DNA of 64,000 nucleotides from Candidatus Dormiibacterota bacterium (lineage in GTDB: Bacteria > Chloroflexota > Dormibacteria > Aeolococcales > Aeolococcaceae). The first letter of the stretch is position 1; each line of letters begins with the position of its first letter. The notes below the pieces were generated by a model. That model was not told the DNA's origin. It ran no database searches and worked only from the letters and a program-made list of their open reading frames with translations. This document shows, piece after piece, positions 35,912 to 45,286 of this stretch. The stretch covers positions 61,969 to 125,968 of the forward strand of contig CAWHLW010000015.1 of the NCBI GenBank assembly GCA_963830305.1, written 5' to 3'. The position numbers and the translations under genes are program-made.

Positions 35912-38425
35912 ATGAACGCCACCGCATCCGCAACCCGCAGCGACGAGTCGAGCCTGGTGGCGCGGCTCAGCCTTGAGCAGAAGGTGCGCCTGCTGACCGG
36001 TGCGGATGCATGGTCGCTCTACGCCATTGACACCGTCGGCCTGCGTGCGATGGTGGTATCCGACGGACCCTCGGGTGTGCGTGGGAGCCGTTTCGATCCG
36101 GGCAACCCGTCGTCCTCGCTGCCGTGTCCGGTGGCGCTCGGCGCGACGTGGGATGAACGTCTGGTCGGCGAGCTCGCTCTGGCGCTCGGCGTTGAGACGC
36201 GCGCACGAGGGGTGGACGTGCTCCTCGCACCCACAGTCAACATCGTGCGGACCCCGCTGAGCGGGCGTGGCTTCGAGTGCTTCTCCGAAGACCCGGTGCT
36301 CACCGCGCGCATCGCGGTGGCGTACGTGCGTGGGGTGCAGGAGGCAGGGGTCGGCGCAACCGCCAAGCATTTCGTCGCCAACGACTCGGAGACTGACCGG
36401 CGCACCTACGACGCTCGGATCAGCGAGCACGTGTTGCGCGAGCTCTACCTCGCGCCGTTCGAGGCGTGCGTCTTCGACGCCGACGTGGCGGCGGTGATGG
36501 CCGCATACAACTCGGTCAACGGACACACCATGACCGCCAATCGATCATTGCTCACGGGACTGCTCAAGGACGAGTGGGGATTCGACGGTGTTGTCGTGTC
36601 GGACTGGTCGGCGACGCGTACCACCGAGCCGACCGCCCTCGCCGGACTGGACCTGGCGATGCCCGGACCGCGCGGGCCGTGGGGCAACCAGCTCCTTGCC
36701 GCGGTGCGCGCCGGCACGGTGCCCGAAGCGGTCATCGACGACAAGGTCGCGAGGTTGCTGCGCCTCGCGCGCCGCGTGGGTGCGCTCGATGGAGCACCTG
36801 AGCATGTGGCCGCACACGGTGCCGACGGAGTTCACCTCAAAGCGGCTCCGGCGCCCGCCTTGATCGATCCGGACCTCCTCCGCGAGGTGACGTCGCGGTC
36901 GTTCGTGCTGCTGAAAAACCAGCGCGGGCTGCTTCCATTGAAGACCGCCGCCGTCAGGAGCGTGGCGCTCGTCGGGCCAAACGCAACGGAGCCCCAGACG
37001 CAGGGGGGCGGAAGCGTCCGCGTCCTTCCGGTCGTCCGTCCGGGACTCGCATCGTCACTGCTCACCCTGGGTGAGTTCGACGAGGTTGACGTCTACCAGG
37101 GTTGCATGACATGGGCGACGATCCCGCAGCCCCACGACGGCACCCTGCGCGACCCGGAGACTGGAGCGAGCGGCGTGCGCGTCGAGGTCCGCGACGCCGA
37201 TGGTGTCGTCCGATATGACGCCACGAGCCCGAGCAGCGTGCTCACCTGGTGGGACGGCCTCCCCGAGATCGTGCATCACCCGGGGTCCGAGCTGGTCATG
37301 CGCGCGGTGTATCGGTCACCTGTGCATGGACCCCACGTGGTCGGGGTCGCCGGCGTCGGGGTGCTCAGCATCGCGATCGATGGCTCCGTGGTCGCCGAGG
37401 CGACGACCCTGCATCCACAAGAGATCGTCGAGGCCCTCTCGCGACCGCCCGAGCTGCGCGTCCCCCTCGATCTCGAGGCGGGCCGCGAGGTGGAGATCCG
37501 AGCCGCCTACCGGCCCAACGTGCGAGGGCCGGAAGCCGGCTTCGTCACCATGCGACTCGGCGTCAGTCCGCGGCTCGATGAGGACCGGCTGCTTGATGAG
37601 GCCGTCGCCGGCGCGCGTGCTGCGGATGTCGCCGTCGTGGTCGTCGGATCGGCGGAGGGAACCGAGAGTGAGGGGTACGACCGCGACACCCTGGCGCTTC
37701 CCGGCCGTCAGGACGAGCTCGTGCGCCGGGTCGCCGCCGCCCAACCGAACACCGTCGTGATCGTCAACACTGGAATGCCCGTGTTGATGCCCTGGTGCGA
37801 CGAGGTCGCGGCGATCGTCCAGGTCTGGCTCCCGGGGCAGGCGTTCGGCGAGGCGTTGACCGACTGCCTGATCGGGGTGGCCGAGCCCGGTGGACGGCTG
37901 CCCATCTCGATCCCTCGCCATGCCGCCGATTCGCCGGTGCTCGATGCCACGCCGAAGGGAGGCGAGCTCGCGTACTCAGAGGGACTCCTCGTCGGGTATC
38001 GCGGCTACGACCGCAGTGAGCGCGAGCCGCTCTTCTGCTTCGGTCATGGCCTTGGCTACAGCGAATGGAGTTACGACTCGTTGACCCTGGAGGCTGACCA
38101 CCTGCACGAGAACCAGGACCTGCCCGTGGTGGTCAGGGTCCGTAATACGGGCGAGCGAGATGGCCGCGAGGTGATACAGGTCTACCTCGAGGCAACCGAC
38201 GAAGATCCCAACCGGCCGATCCGGGTCCTCGCCGCGTTCGCCGGCGTCGAAGCCGCAGCGGGCCGGCCTGCGGAAGCGCGGATGGTCATTCCGGCTCGTG
38301 CGTTCGCTCGTTTTGATCCTGACGGGCGCGGCTGGGTCTGGCGGCCCGGAACGTACAACCTCCGGGTGGGCCGGTCTTCCCGAGATCTACGGCTCGACCA
38401 ACCGGTGCAGCTCACCAGTTCGTAG
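35912..38425 (+). CDS. Glycoside hydrolase family 3 beta-glucosidase (BglX-like, cytoplasmic)
   Basis: Start ATG 35912 (MNATAS..., no signal peptide). LSLEQKVRLLTGADAW, VVSDGPSGVRG, KHFVANDSE, nucleophile region GFDGVVVSDWSAT. C-terminal FnIII-like domain. Confidence 0.9.
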   Translation: MNATASATRSDESSLVARLSLEQKVRLLTGADAWSLYAIDTVGLRAMVVSDGPSGVRGSRFDPGNPSSSLPCPVALGATWDERLVGELALALGVETRARGVDVLLAPTVNIVRTPLSGRGFECFSEDPVLTARIAVAYVRGVQEAGVGATAKHFVANDSETDRRTYDARISEHVLRELYLAPFEACVFDADVAAVMAAYNSVNGHTMTANRSLLTGLLKDEWGFDGVVVSDWSATRTTEPTALAGLDLAMPGPRGPWGNQLLAAVRAGTVPEAVIDDKVARLLRLARRVGALDGAPEHVAAHGADGVHLKAAPAPALIDPDLLREVTSRSFVLLKNQRGLLPLKTAAVRSVALVGPNATEPQTQGGGSVRVLPVVRPGLASSLLTLGEFDEVDVYQGCMTWATIPQPHDGTLRDPETGASGVRVEVRDADGVVRYDATSPSSVLTWWDGLPEIVHHPGSELVMRAVYRSPVHGPHVVGVAGVGVLSIAIDGSVVAEATTLHPQEIVEALSRPPELRVPLDLEAGREVEIRAAYRPNVRGPEAGFVTMRLGVSPRLDEDRLLDEAVAGARAADVAVVVVGSAEGTESEGYDRDTLALPGRQDELVRRVAAAQPNTVVIVNTGMPVLMPWCDEVAAIVQVWLPGQAFGEALTDCLIGVAEPGGRLPISIPRHAADSPVLDATPKGGELAYSEGLLVGYRGYDRSEREPLFCFGHGLGYSEWSYDSLTLEADHLHENQDLPVVVRVRNTGERDGREVIQVYLEATDEDPNRPIRVLAAFAGVEAAAGRPAEARMVIPARAFARFDPDGRGWVWRPGTYNLRVGRSSRDLRLDQPVQLTSS

Positions 38426-38473
38426 CGGCTCCGGGATCGCTTTTCTCGGCCCACGCCACCGGACCGAGGAGCC

Positions 38474-39550
38474 ATGCTTCTTTCCATGAACATCGTGGTC
38501 CTGCTCGCGACCGCTCTCGCCGCCGGCGTCGAGTGGATCGAGGCACTGACGATCGTGCTGGCGGTGGGTCTCTCCAAGGGTTGGCGAAGCGCGCTGCTCG
38601 GCACCGCCGCCGCGCTCCTCGCGCTGGCCGTCCTCGTGACCGTGTTCGGGGTCACGATCACCTCGCGGGTGTCAATCGACTCCGCGCGCACTGTCGTCGG
38701 CATCTTCCTGCTGCTGTTCGGGCTGAAGTGGCTCCACAAGGCCATCCTTCGGTCCAGTGGTCTCAAGTCACTTAAAGACGAGGGACAGGTGTTCGAGCAG
38801 ACCAGGGCGAGGCTCGCGGGCACGGGTGTCGCCGCCGCTGGAGTTGATCGAGCCGGCGTCACAACCGCATTGAGCGGTGTGTTCCTCGAGGGCCTCGAGG
38901 TCGTCTTCATCGTGGTGGCGCTCGGAGGACTGCAGGACATCCCGTCGGCGGTGATCGGCGCGCTTGTTGCGCTTGTGATTGTGGCCGCCGCAGGCGCGGC
39001 GATCCGTGGTCCTCTCACGCGCGTGCCCGAGAACACGCTGAAATACGTCGTCGGCATCATGCTGACGTCGTTTGGAACGTTCTTCTCGGGCGAGGGGATC
39101 GGGGTCCACTGGTGGGGAGATGACCTCAGCGTCCTGATCCTGGTTGCGGCGTACGGCCTTGCGTCCCTGGCGTTCGTCTGGTTGCTGCGACGCCCTGTGC
39201 GACGGCAGGGGTCCGCGAGCGGGCTGGAGCACGTCATCAAGGCGATCGTCCTCGAGCTCTGGGGGCTGTTCGTTGACGACGGTGCCGTGGCACTCGTCGC
39301 GGTCATCGCCCTGCTCGGCGTTGCTCTCATCGTGCAACATGAGGGTGACCCTCACAGTATCGCGGGTGTGCTGTTGATAGCCGGCGTGCTCGTTGCTGTG
39401 GGGGCCGGGCTGGCCAACACCGCCAGGACAGCTCGCAAGACGAGCGACAAAGCGCCTTCGGAGCAGCCTGCGGCGGAGCCGGTTGCCGGCGTTGCTTCCA
39501 ACATTGCGCCACGCGATCACGCGCTCACCGGGCCGACTCACGACCGTTAG
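38474..39550 (+). CDS. Integral membrane protein, COG4280/GDT1(UPF0016)-like duplicated fold with an extra C-terminal TM domain
   Basis: Two related segments GVEWIEALTIVLAVG and FLEGLEVVFIVVALG (an ExG-type motif at helix starts). 358 aa, ~8 TM helices. Confidence 0.55.
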   Translation: MLLSMNIVVLLATALAAGVEWIEALTIVLAVGLSKGWRSALLGTAAALLALAVLVTVFGVTITSRVSIDSARTVVGIFLLLFGLKWLHKAILRSSGLKSLKDEGQVFEQTRARLAGTGVAAAGVDRAGVTTALSGVFLEGLEVVFIVVALGGLQDIPSAVIGALVALVIVAAAGAAIRGPLTRVPENTLKYVVGIMLTSFGTFFSGEGIGVHWWGDDLSVLILVAAYGLASLAFVWLLRRPVRRQGSASGLEHVIKAIVLELWGLFVDDGAVALVAVIALLGVALIVQHEGDPHSIAGVLLIAGVLVAVGAGLANTARTARKTSDKAPSEQPAAEPVAGVASNIAPRDHALTGPTHDR

Positions 39551-39866
39551 GATCGGCCCGGGTTAACAACTGACGAATTCACGCGACAACTGCTTGCTGG
39601 CGCGCTGATCTGTTCGCATAACGGACATCTGGCCAGGGGCTTGACGAAACCCCTACAACACCGCGATCATGGCGCCTTCAGCTCGAACCGGCAGCCCGTT
39701 GAGTGGAGAACAGGTTGGCACCGGATTCATCGTGCGTTTGCGACGCGGCCCGTGGGCAAGAGCAGTCGCTTGGCACCATCGCGATCCCCGCGCGACGTCA
39801 CATCTCGTCTCGTCTAGCGACGCTCTCCGCGCCATCGTCTCGTACATAGAGAGGTAGAGGCACAAC

Positions 39867-40496
39867 ATGCGCTCGAGAATCTGGCTCCTCGTTGGAGGCG
39901 TGGTGGTGTTCGGCGTGCTCGTTGGGTTCTTTGTCACGCGGTTCCTCAATCCAGTTCCTCCGCAGATCGCCGCGACGACCACGTCCAATACGCTGCAGGG
40001 GCGACCAGTCGTGGACTTCAATCTCACGACGGTCGCGGCCGTCGGCACCGCGGGACAGGGCAATGGCGAGCATCCCAACTGGGTGGGGTATCTGCCCACG
40101 ACCTATCTGAAGGTGCCTGCCGGGGCGGTGGTGCATATGACGATCGACCAGGAGGACGGCCAGACCGGGCTTCGCAACGAGTACTTCGGTCTGGTCAGAG
40201 GCACGGTCAACGACCAGATGACCGTCGACGGCAAGGTCATGGGCGCACTCGATCCATCGCTCGCCGCACACACGTTCACCATTCCTGACCTCGGTGTGAG
40301 TGTCCCGCTTGAAGGCGTCGCCGACAATGCCCCGGCGAACGCGATGATCGTGGTGCAGTTCAACTTCGTAGTGCCGGACAAGTCGGGGCTGTTCCGCTGG
40401 CAGTGCTTCGTGCCCTGCGCCGCCGGGACGCTCTACGGCAACGGCGGTCCCATGCAGACCCTCGGCTACATGGCCGGCGAGCTTCAGGTGGGCTGA
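39867..40496 (+). CDS. Membrane-anchored cupredoxin-domain protein, paralogue of the CuA domain of subunit II
   Basis: One N-terminal TM helix (IWLLVGGVVVFGVLVGFFV). AHTFTIPDLGVSVP aligns with VHSFWFYALGVKAD of the adjacent CtaC. Pattern is H-x44-C-x3-C (RWQCFVPC) then Met residues, with no second His. Confidence 0.7.
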   Translation: MRSRIWLLVGGVVVFGVLVGFFVTRFLNPVPPQIAATTTSNTLQGRPVVDFNLTTVAAVGTAGQGNGEHPNWVGYLPTTYLKVPAGAVVHMTIDQEDGQTGLRNEYFGLVRGTVNDQMTVDGKVMGALDPSLAAHTFTIPDLGVSVPLEGVADNAPANAMIVVQFNFVVPDKSGLFRWQCFVPCAAGTLYGNGGPMQTLGYMAGELQVG

Positions 40497-40499
40497 TCG

Positions 40500-41339
40500 A
40501 TGAGAAACAGAGCCACTGCGATCCGGGTCGTCATCATCGTCTGGTTCATCCTCGCCGTCGGTGGCGACGTCGCCCTCGCGTTCGGGCCGATTCCACCGGG
40601 ACAGGCATCGGACTTGGCGTCGAATGAGAGCCTGACCATCCTGCTGTTGGCCGAGATCGGGTGGCCCGTCTTCTCGGCGGTCCTCGCGGCGCTGTTTTTC
40701 ACGATGGTCGTGAACCGAATGGCTCCCCCGACGGAGGAGCCGAGCGCCGCTGCACTGCGCGGCAACACCCGGACGCAGACGGCATGGATCGCGGGCTCGC
40801 TCGTGGTCGTGCTCAGCCTGGCCGTGTACGGGACCGTTGCCCTCGCGATCGATCAGCCGGGAGCAGGCGTTCCCACGCAGGCGTCCGCCCTGGCCATGCC
40901 GACGTCCACCAGCCAGCCGCTCGAGGTACAGGTCATCGCGCAGCAGTGGTGGTTCACCTACCGCTACCCGACCTACGGCGGCATCGAGACCCCGCAACTC
41001 GTGCTGCCGGTCAATCAGAAGATCGAGTTCAACGTCACCTCGCTCGACGTGGTCCACTCCTTCTGGTTTTACGCGCTCGGGGTCAAGGCGGACGCCGTGC
41101 CGCTCAACGACAACGTGGTCACGGCCACACCGACGAAGATCGGTACATATCGCATCCAGTGCGCGGAGCTGTGCGGGCTCTGGCACGGAAACATGGCCGA
41201 CAACACGGCGATGGTCGTGAGCCCGGCGGACTTCGCGTCCTGGATACAACAGGAGACGACGCTCGACGCGCCGATCATGAAGTACTTGCTCCCGTACAGC
41301 CATACATACGAACCATCGCCAACCATCTACGGGTCGTGA
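40500..41339 (+). CDS. ctaC: Cytochrome c oxidase subunit II
   Basis: Complete CuA site: H(SFW)-x34-CAELCGLWHGNM (C-x3-C-x3-H-x2-M). Two TM helices upstream. Confidence 0.9.
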   Translation: MRNRATAIRVVIIVWFILAVGGDVALAFGPIPPGQASDLASNESLTILLLAEIGWPVFSAVLAALFFTMVVNRMAPPTEEPSAAALRGNTRTQTAWIAGSLVVVLSLAVYGTVALAIDQPGAGVPTQASALAMPTSTSQPLEVQVIAQQWWFTYRYPTYGGIETPQLVLPVNQKIEFNVTSLDVVHSFWFYALGVKADAVPLNDNVVTATPTKIGTYRIQCAELCGLWHGNMADNTAMVVSPADFASWIQQETTLDAPIMKYLLPYSHTYEPSPTIYGS

Positions 41340-41378
41340 CGATGTTCGACACGCTCTCGCACACAAGGGAAACCTGAA

Positions 41379-43302
41379 GTGGACGCTGTAACCACCGCAC
41401 GGCCGCCGATGTCGACGCCGCCGACACTGGCTCGCCGGCTCAACGAGTGGGGGCTGCTGCTCGGCGTCATTGGCGCGGTGATCGGATTCATCATCGGTTT
41501 TGCGGTCGGAACGCACGCCATTCCGTATTCCTTTGGCGAGGACAACTCTCTCGGCTCCGACCCCGGCATCCTGCTCGGCTACGCACTGAGTGTCGTCGGG
41601 TTCCTTGCGGGCATGGGTTTCCTCAACTACCCGATCGGCCGTCTCCTGGGCGCCAAGAGGCCCTCCGAGGAGGACAACGCGTACATGCACGGCGAGGGCA
41701 TCGGGCTCAGCCGCTACTTCCGGATGACGACCGACCACAAGGTGATCGGCCTGCAGTATCTCGTGATGATCCTGGCCTTCCTGTTCGTCGGTGGGCTGGG
41801 CGCGATGTTCATCCGGACCGAGTTGCTCACGCCGTCTCCGACGGTGGCGAACGCCCAGTCGTACCTCACGCTCGTCGGTCTGCACAGCACGCTGATGATC
41901 TTCATGGCGTCGGCGGCGATCATCGGCCCGTTCGGCAACTACTTCGTCCCGATCATGATCGGCACGCGGAACATGGCATTTCCACGTCTCGAGGCGCTGA
42001 CGTTCTGGCTCCTGCCCCCTGCAGGACTCATCCTGCTCTCGACCGTCTTCCTCGGCGGCTTCACCACCGGCTGGACCGGCTACGCGCCGCTCGCCGACCA
42101 GAACGTGCTCGGCATGGACTCCTATCTCATCGCCTTCGCGTTGATCGGGTTCTCGATCGGTCTGTCCGGCGTGAACATGATCGCGACGATCATCACCAAG
42201 CGCGCCCCCGGCTTGCCGCTGAGCCGGATGCCGATCTTCGTATGGTCCGTGCTGGTCACGTCGTTCCTTGGCGCGCTGGCAGCGCCCGCGCTGATTGCAG
42301 CGGTGCTGATGGAGGTCTTCGACCGCTCGTATCAGACGACCTTCTTCGTGCCTGCGGGCGGTGGCTCGCCATACCTCTGGGAGAACCTCTTCTGGTTCTT
42401 CGGTCATCCGGAGGTGTACATCTTCGTTGTCCCGGCGTTCGGTCTGGTGATGGAGATGCTTCCCGTGTTCACCCGACGGCCGCTCTGGGGATATCGCGTG
42501 GCCGTCGGCGGCATGGTGGGTATCGGTCTGCTCAGCTTCGTCGTCTGGCAGCACCATCTGTTCGTCAGCGGTCTTGCCCCGTCGCTGCGACCCTTCTACA
42601 TGTTCTCCACGGAGATGATCTCGGTTCCGACCGGCATCATCTACCTGGTCGCGTTGGGAACGCTCTGGCGAGCCCGCACTCGTTTCACGGTGCCGATGCT
42701 GTTCATCTTCGGGTTCTTCTTCAACTTCCTGATCGGCGGTTTCACGGGCGTCTTCCTCTCCGACGTCCCCAGCGACTTCACGTTGCATGCGAGCTATTTC
42801 GTGCAGGCGCACTTCCACTACACGATCATGGGCGGCGAGGTGTTCGCGCTCATGGCCGCGATCGTCTACTACCTCCCCAAGATGACTGGTCGCACCATGG
42901 ATACCAAGCTCCTGCGCTTCCAGTTCTGGGCGGTGTTCATCACGTTCAACGGGACGTTCATCTCGCTCATCTCCGTTGGCATCCTGGGCATGCCCCGCCG
43001 CGTCATCAGCTACGCTGCCTATCTACAGCCGCTCAACATCAGCGCGACGGTTTTCGCGTACGGTCTGGGCCTGTCGATGGCGCTTTTCCTCGGCATCCTT
43101 CTCTGGGAGGTCGTCATCAAGCAGACGGTCGCAGCGCGCAACCCGTGGGAACTCTCTCGGGGTCGAGTGGCAGGTGCCCACGCCAGTACCGACGTTCAAC
43201 TTCGATCGGGTGCCGGTCGCGTGGTCACTGCCCTATGACTACGACACCGGCAAGCCCGCGGCTGACTTTGGACCGGCGGTACCCGCCTTCAGTGGAGCCT
43301 GA
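41379..43302 (+). pseudogene. ctaD: Cytochrome c oxidase subunit I (A-type heme-copper oxidase), +1 frameshift near 43147-43150; N-terminal ~115-aa extension
   Basis: TTDHKVIGLQY, WFFGHPEVYIFVVPAFG, VVWQHHLFVSG, QAHFHYTIMGG. After ...AARNPW the conserved end (G)NSLGVEWQVPTPVPTFNFDRVPV... is in the frame of ORF 42976 (stop 43300-43302). Confidence 0.9.
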
Positions 43303-43304
43303 GC

Positions 43305-43907
43305 ATGAGTGACGCTAGTCCTACCGGACTCACTGTTGTCGATGAGGTCGAAGGCGGCGGGCGAACCCTCATCTTCACCTCACGACTGTTCATGGCGGCG
43401 AATACGACGCTGCAGCTGAGCCTGTTGTTCGCGTTCCTCTATCTGCGAGCGAACAACTTCGGTGGCATGTGGCATCCGAGTGGAATCGGCACGCCGCCAC
43501 AGGTATTGGCGATCCTTTCGCTCGTCTTCCCGCTGATCACGCTCTTCGCGCTGTGGGCGGTGTGGAACGCAATCAGCAAGTCACCCGAGTCGAACGCGGT
43601 TTCGGGCCTGCTCTGGCTGGCGCTGGTGGCGGCGGTCCTCACGGGTGCCGTCCGCATCCTGCTCATGTATCAGTTCAACTGGGAGCTCGACAGCGCCGGG
43701 TCCTATGCAGCGATCTCGACGCTCTGGTACGCCGTGCTGCTTGGCGAATTCATCCTGGTCGGTCTATGGTTGCTCAGCCTCGTCATGGGGCGCGTGCGTG
43801 GAACTGACCGCCTCAGCGCGTCGCACGCCCGGGCAATCCTGGATCAGTGGGCGTACATCACCGGCGTGTCCATCGTGGTGTACCTCCTGATCCAGTACGT
43901 CAAATAG
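43305..43907 (+). CDS. ctaE: Cytochrome c oxidase subunit III-like protein (short, 5-TM form)
   Basis: 200 aa, 5 TM helices. Position immediately after ctaD. LFMAANTTLQLSLLFAFLYLR and WYAVLLGEFILVGLWL are subunit-III-like. Confidence 0.6.
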   Translation: MSDASPTGLTVVDEVEGGGRTLIFTSRLFMAANTTLQLSLLFAFLYLRANNFGGMWHPSGIGTPPQVLAILSLVFPLITLFALWAVWNAISKSPESNAVSGLLWLALVAAVLTGAVRILLMYQFNWELDSAGSYAAISTLWYAVLLGEFILVGLWLLSLVMGRVRGTDRLSASHARAILDQWAYITGVSIVVYLLIQYVK

Positions 43908-43915
43908 GGAGCCAC

Positions 43916-44755
43916 ATGCTCTGGCAGCCGCTGCTCGACTGGAGCTTTGCCCCAGTACCGATCGTCGGCTGCATCACGGCCGCCTACCTCTACTGGCGCG
44001 GCAGACGCACGGCCTCGGCGGTGCTGGGCCGGAGAACGGCGTGGGACAACGGCGACACCGCATTCGCGCTCGGCATCGGCGCGTTGCTGCTCGCGCTGAT
44101 CTCGCCGATTTCCTACTTCGACACCACGCTGCAGTGGGATCACATGGTGCAGCACGTGCTGCTGTTGCTGGTTGCGCCTCCACTGATCCTGCTCGCTGAT
44201 CCGTTCCGTACAGCGTGGGCCGGGTACCTGGCCGCCCAGGGAAGGCCTATCTCGGTGGAGGGGACGTGGCCGGCGCGCGCAGTGGGCGTGCTCCACTCCG
44301 GACCGAAAGCGGCTGCCGTCGTCGTGGTCTCGTTCAGCGTCGACCTCCTCGTCTGGCATCTCCCCGCCGTCTACAACGCGACACTCCGCATCGCATCGGT
44401 GCACGACCTCGAGCACCTCACCTTCCTCGTCGTCGGCTTGCTGTTCTGGGACCAGGTGATCAGCCCGGTCAAGGCAACGGGACGGCTCTCGTTGCTTGGA
44501 CGCGCGGTGGTGGTCCTGGCCGGAATGTTCGTGAGCTGGGGACTCGCCATCGTCATCGGGTACGCGAGTCATCCGCTCTACGCGTACCCAACGCCGACTG
44601 GCGGTCTGAGCCTGCTCGCGGATCAGGAGATCGCCGCTGGAGTGATGTGGGTCCCCGGAGGGACGCCGTTCCTCATCGCACTGCTATACCTCGGCATCCG
44701 GTGGTTCGAGATGGACGACCGCTCAGCGACAAACGCCGCGGTTGCGCAGCCGTGA
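43916..44755 (+). CDS. ctaG: Cytochrome c oxidase assembly factor CtaG (Caa3_CtaG family membrane protein)
   Basis: ATG 43916 follows GGGAG. ...DHMVQHVLLLLVAPPLILLADPFR... and HDLEHLTFLVVGLLFW are hallmarks of the family. Confidence 0.75.
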   Translation: MLWQPLLDWSFAPVPIVGCITAAYLYWRGRRTASAVLGRRTAWDNGDTAFALGIGALLLALISPISYFDTTLQWDHMVQHVLLLLVAPPLILLADPFRTAWAGYLAAQGRPISVEGTWPARAVGVLHSGPKAAAVVVVSFSVDLLVWHLPAVYNATLRIASVHDLEHLTFLVVGLLFWDQVISPVKATGRLSLLGRAVVVLAGMFVSWGLAIVIGYASHPLYAYPTPTGGLSLLADQEIAAGVMWVPGGTPFLIALLYLGIRWFEMDDRSATNAAVAQP

Positions 44756-45279
44756 GCAGGAGTCGATGCGTCGTGCTCGGGTGCGCGGTGGCGCTGGTGA
44801 TCGCCGGCTGCGGTGCATCCCACGCACCGGCGTCGCCGGCGAAGCCGGTGACCGCGTCCGGTGGACCCACGCTCGGGGGGAAGGTCGTGAGCCTCACGTC
44901 GTTTCGCGGCCATCCGGTTGTGCTGATCTTCTGGGCGTCGTGGTGCGGGCCCTGCCATGACGAGCAACCGGCACTGAATACCGCCTATGCGACCTGGTCG
45001 CCTCGTGGCGTCATCTTCCTGGGCATCGACCTGCGCGACACGACGGCTCCCGCGCTGGCGTTTCAAAAGCAGCTCAAAGTGCCGTATCCGAGCATCGCCG
45101 ACACCAACGCGACGTTCGCCGTCGACTACGAGATACCCTCGGCACCGGCGCTCGTCTTCCTCTCCAGCCAGGGAAAGGTCGCCGACGTCGTTCTCGGGGC
45201 GCTCGGGGTCATGAGCGCCACCCAATTCGACGCGGAGGTCACGACGCTGCTGAACACATCCACGACCGGCAGCGCATAG
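44752..45279 (+). CDS. TlpA/ResA-family thiol:disulfide oxidoreductase lipoprotein
   Basis: GTG 44752 overlaps the ctaG stop (GTGA). Lipobox LVIAGC. Redox motif WASWCGPC. Confidence 0.8.
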   Translation: MSRSRCVVLGCAVALVIAGCGASHAPASPAKPVTASGGPTLGGKVVSLTSFRGHPVVLIFWASWCGPCHDEQPALNTAYATWSPRGVIFLGIDLRDTTAPALAFQKQLKVPYPSIADTNATFAVDYEIPSAPALVFLSSQGKVADVVLGALGVMSATQFDAEVTTLLNTSTTGSA

Positions 45280-45286
45280 GAGAGGG

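Noticed and set aside
38182-39330. 382-aa minus-strand ORF
   Set aside because: It is antisense to the GH3 3' end and the COG4280-like membrane protein. The translation is Ser/Thr/Ala/Arg/Pro-rich low complexity. Shadow ORF.
39798-42818. 1006-aa ORF on the minus strand, the longest ORF in the window
   Set aside because: It is antisense to the cupredoxin gene, ctaC and ctaD, whose plus-strand products carry unmistakable CuA and heme-copper motifs. Its translation is Arg/Asp/Glu/His-rich low-complexity sequence with no domain. This is a typical stop-free shadow frame of high-GC DNA.
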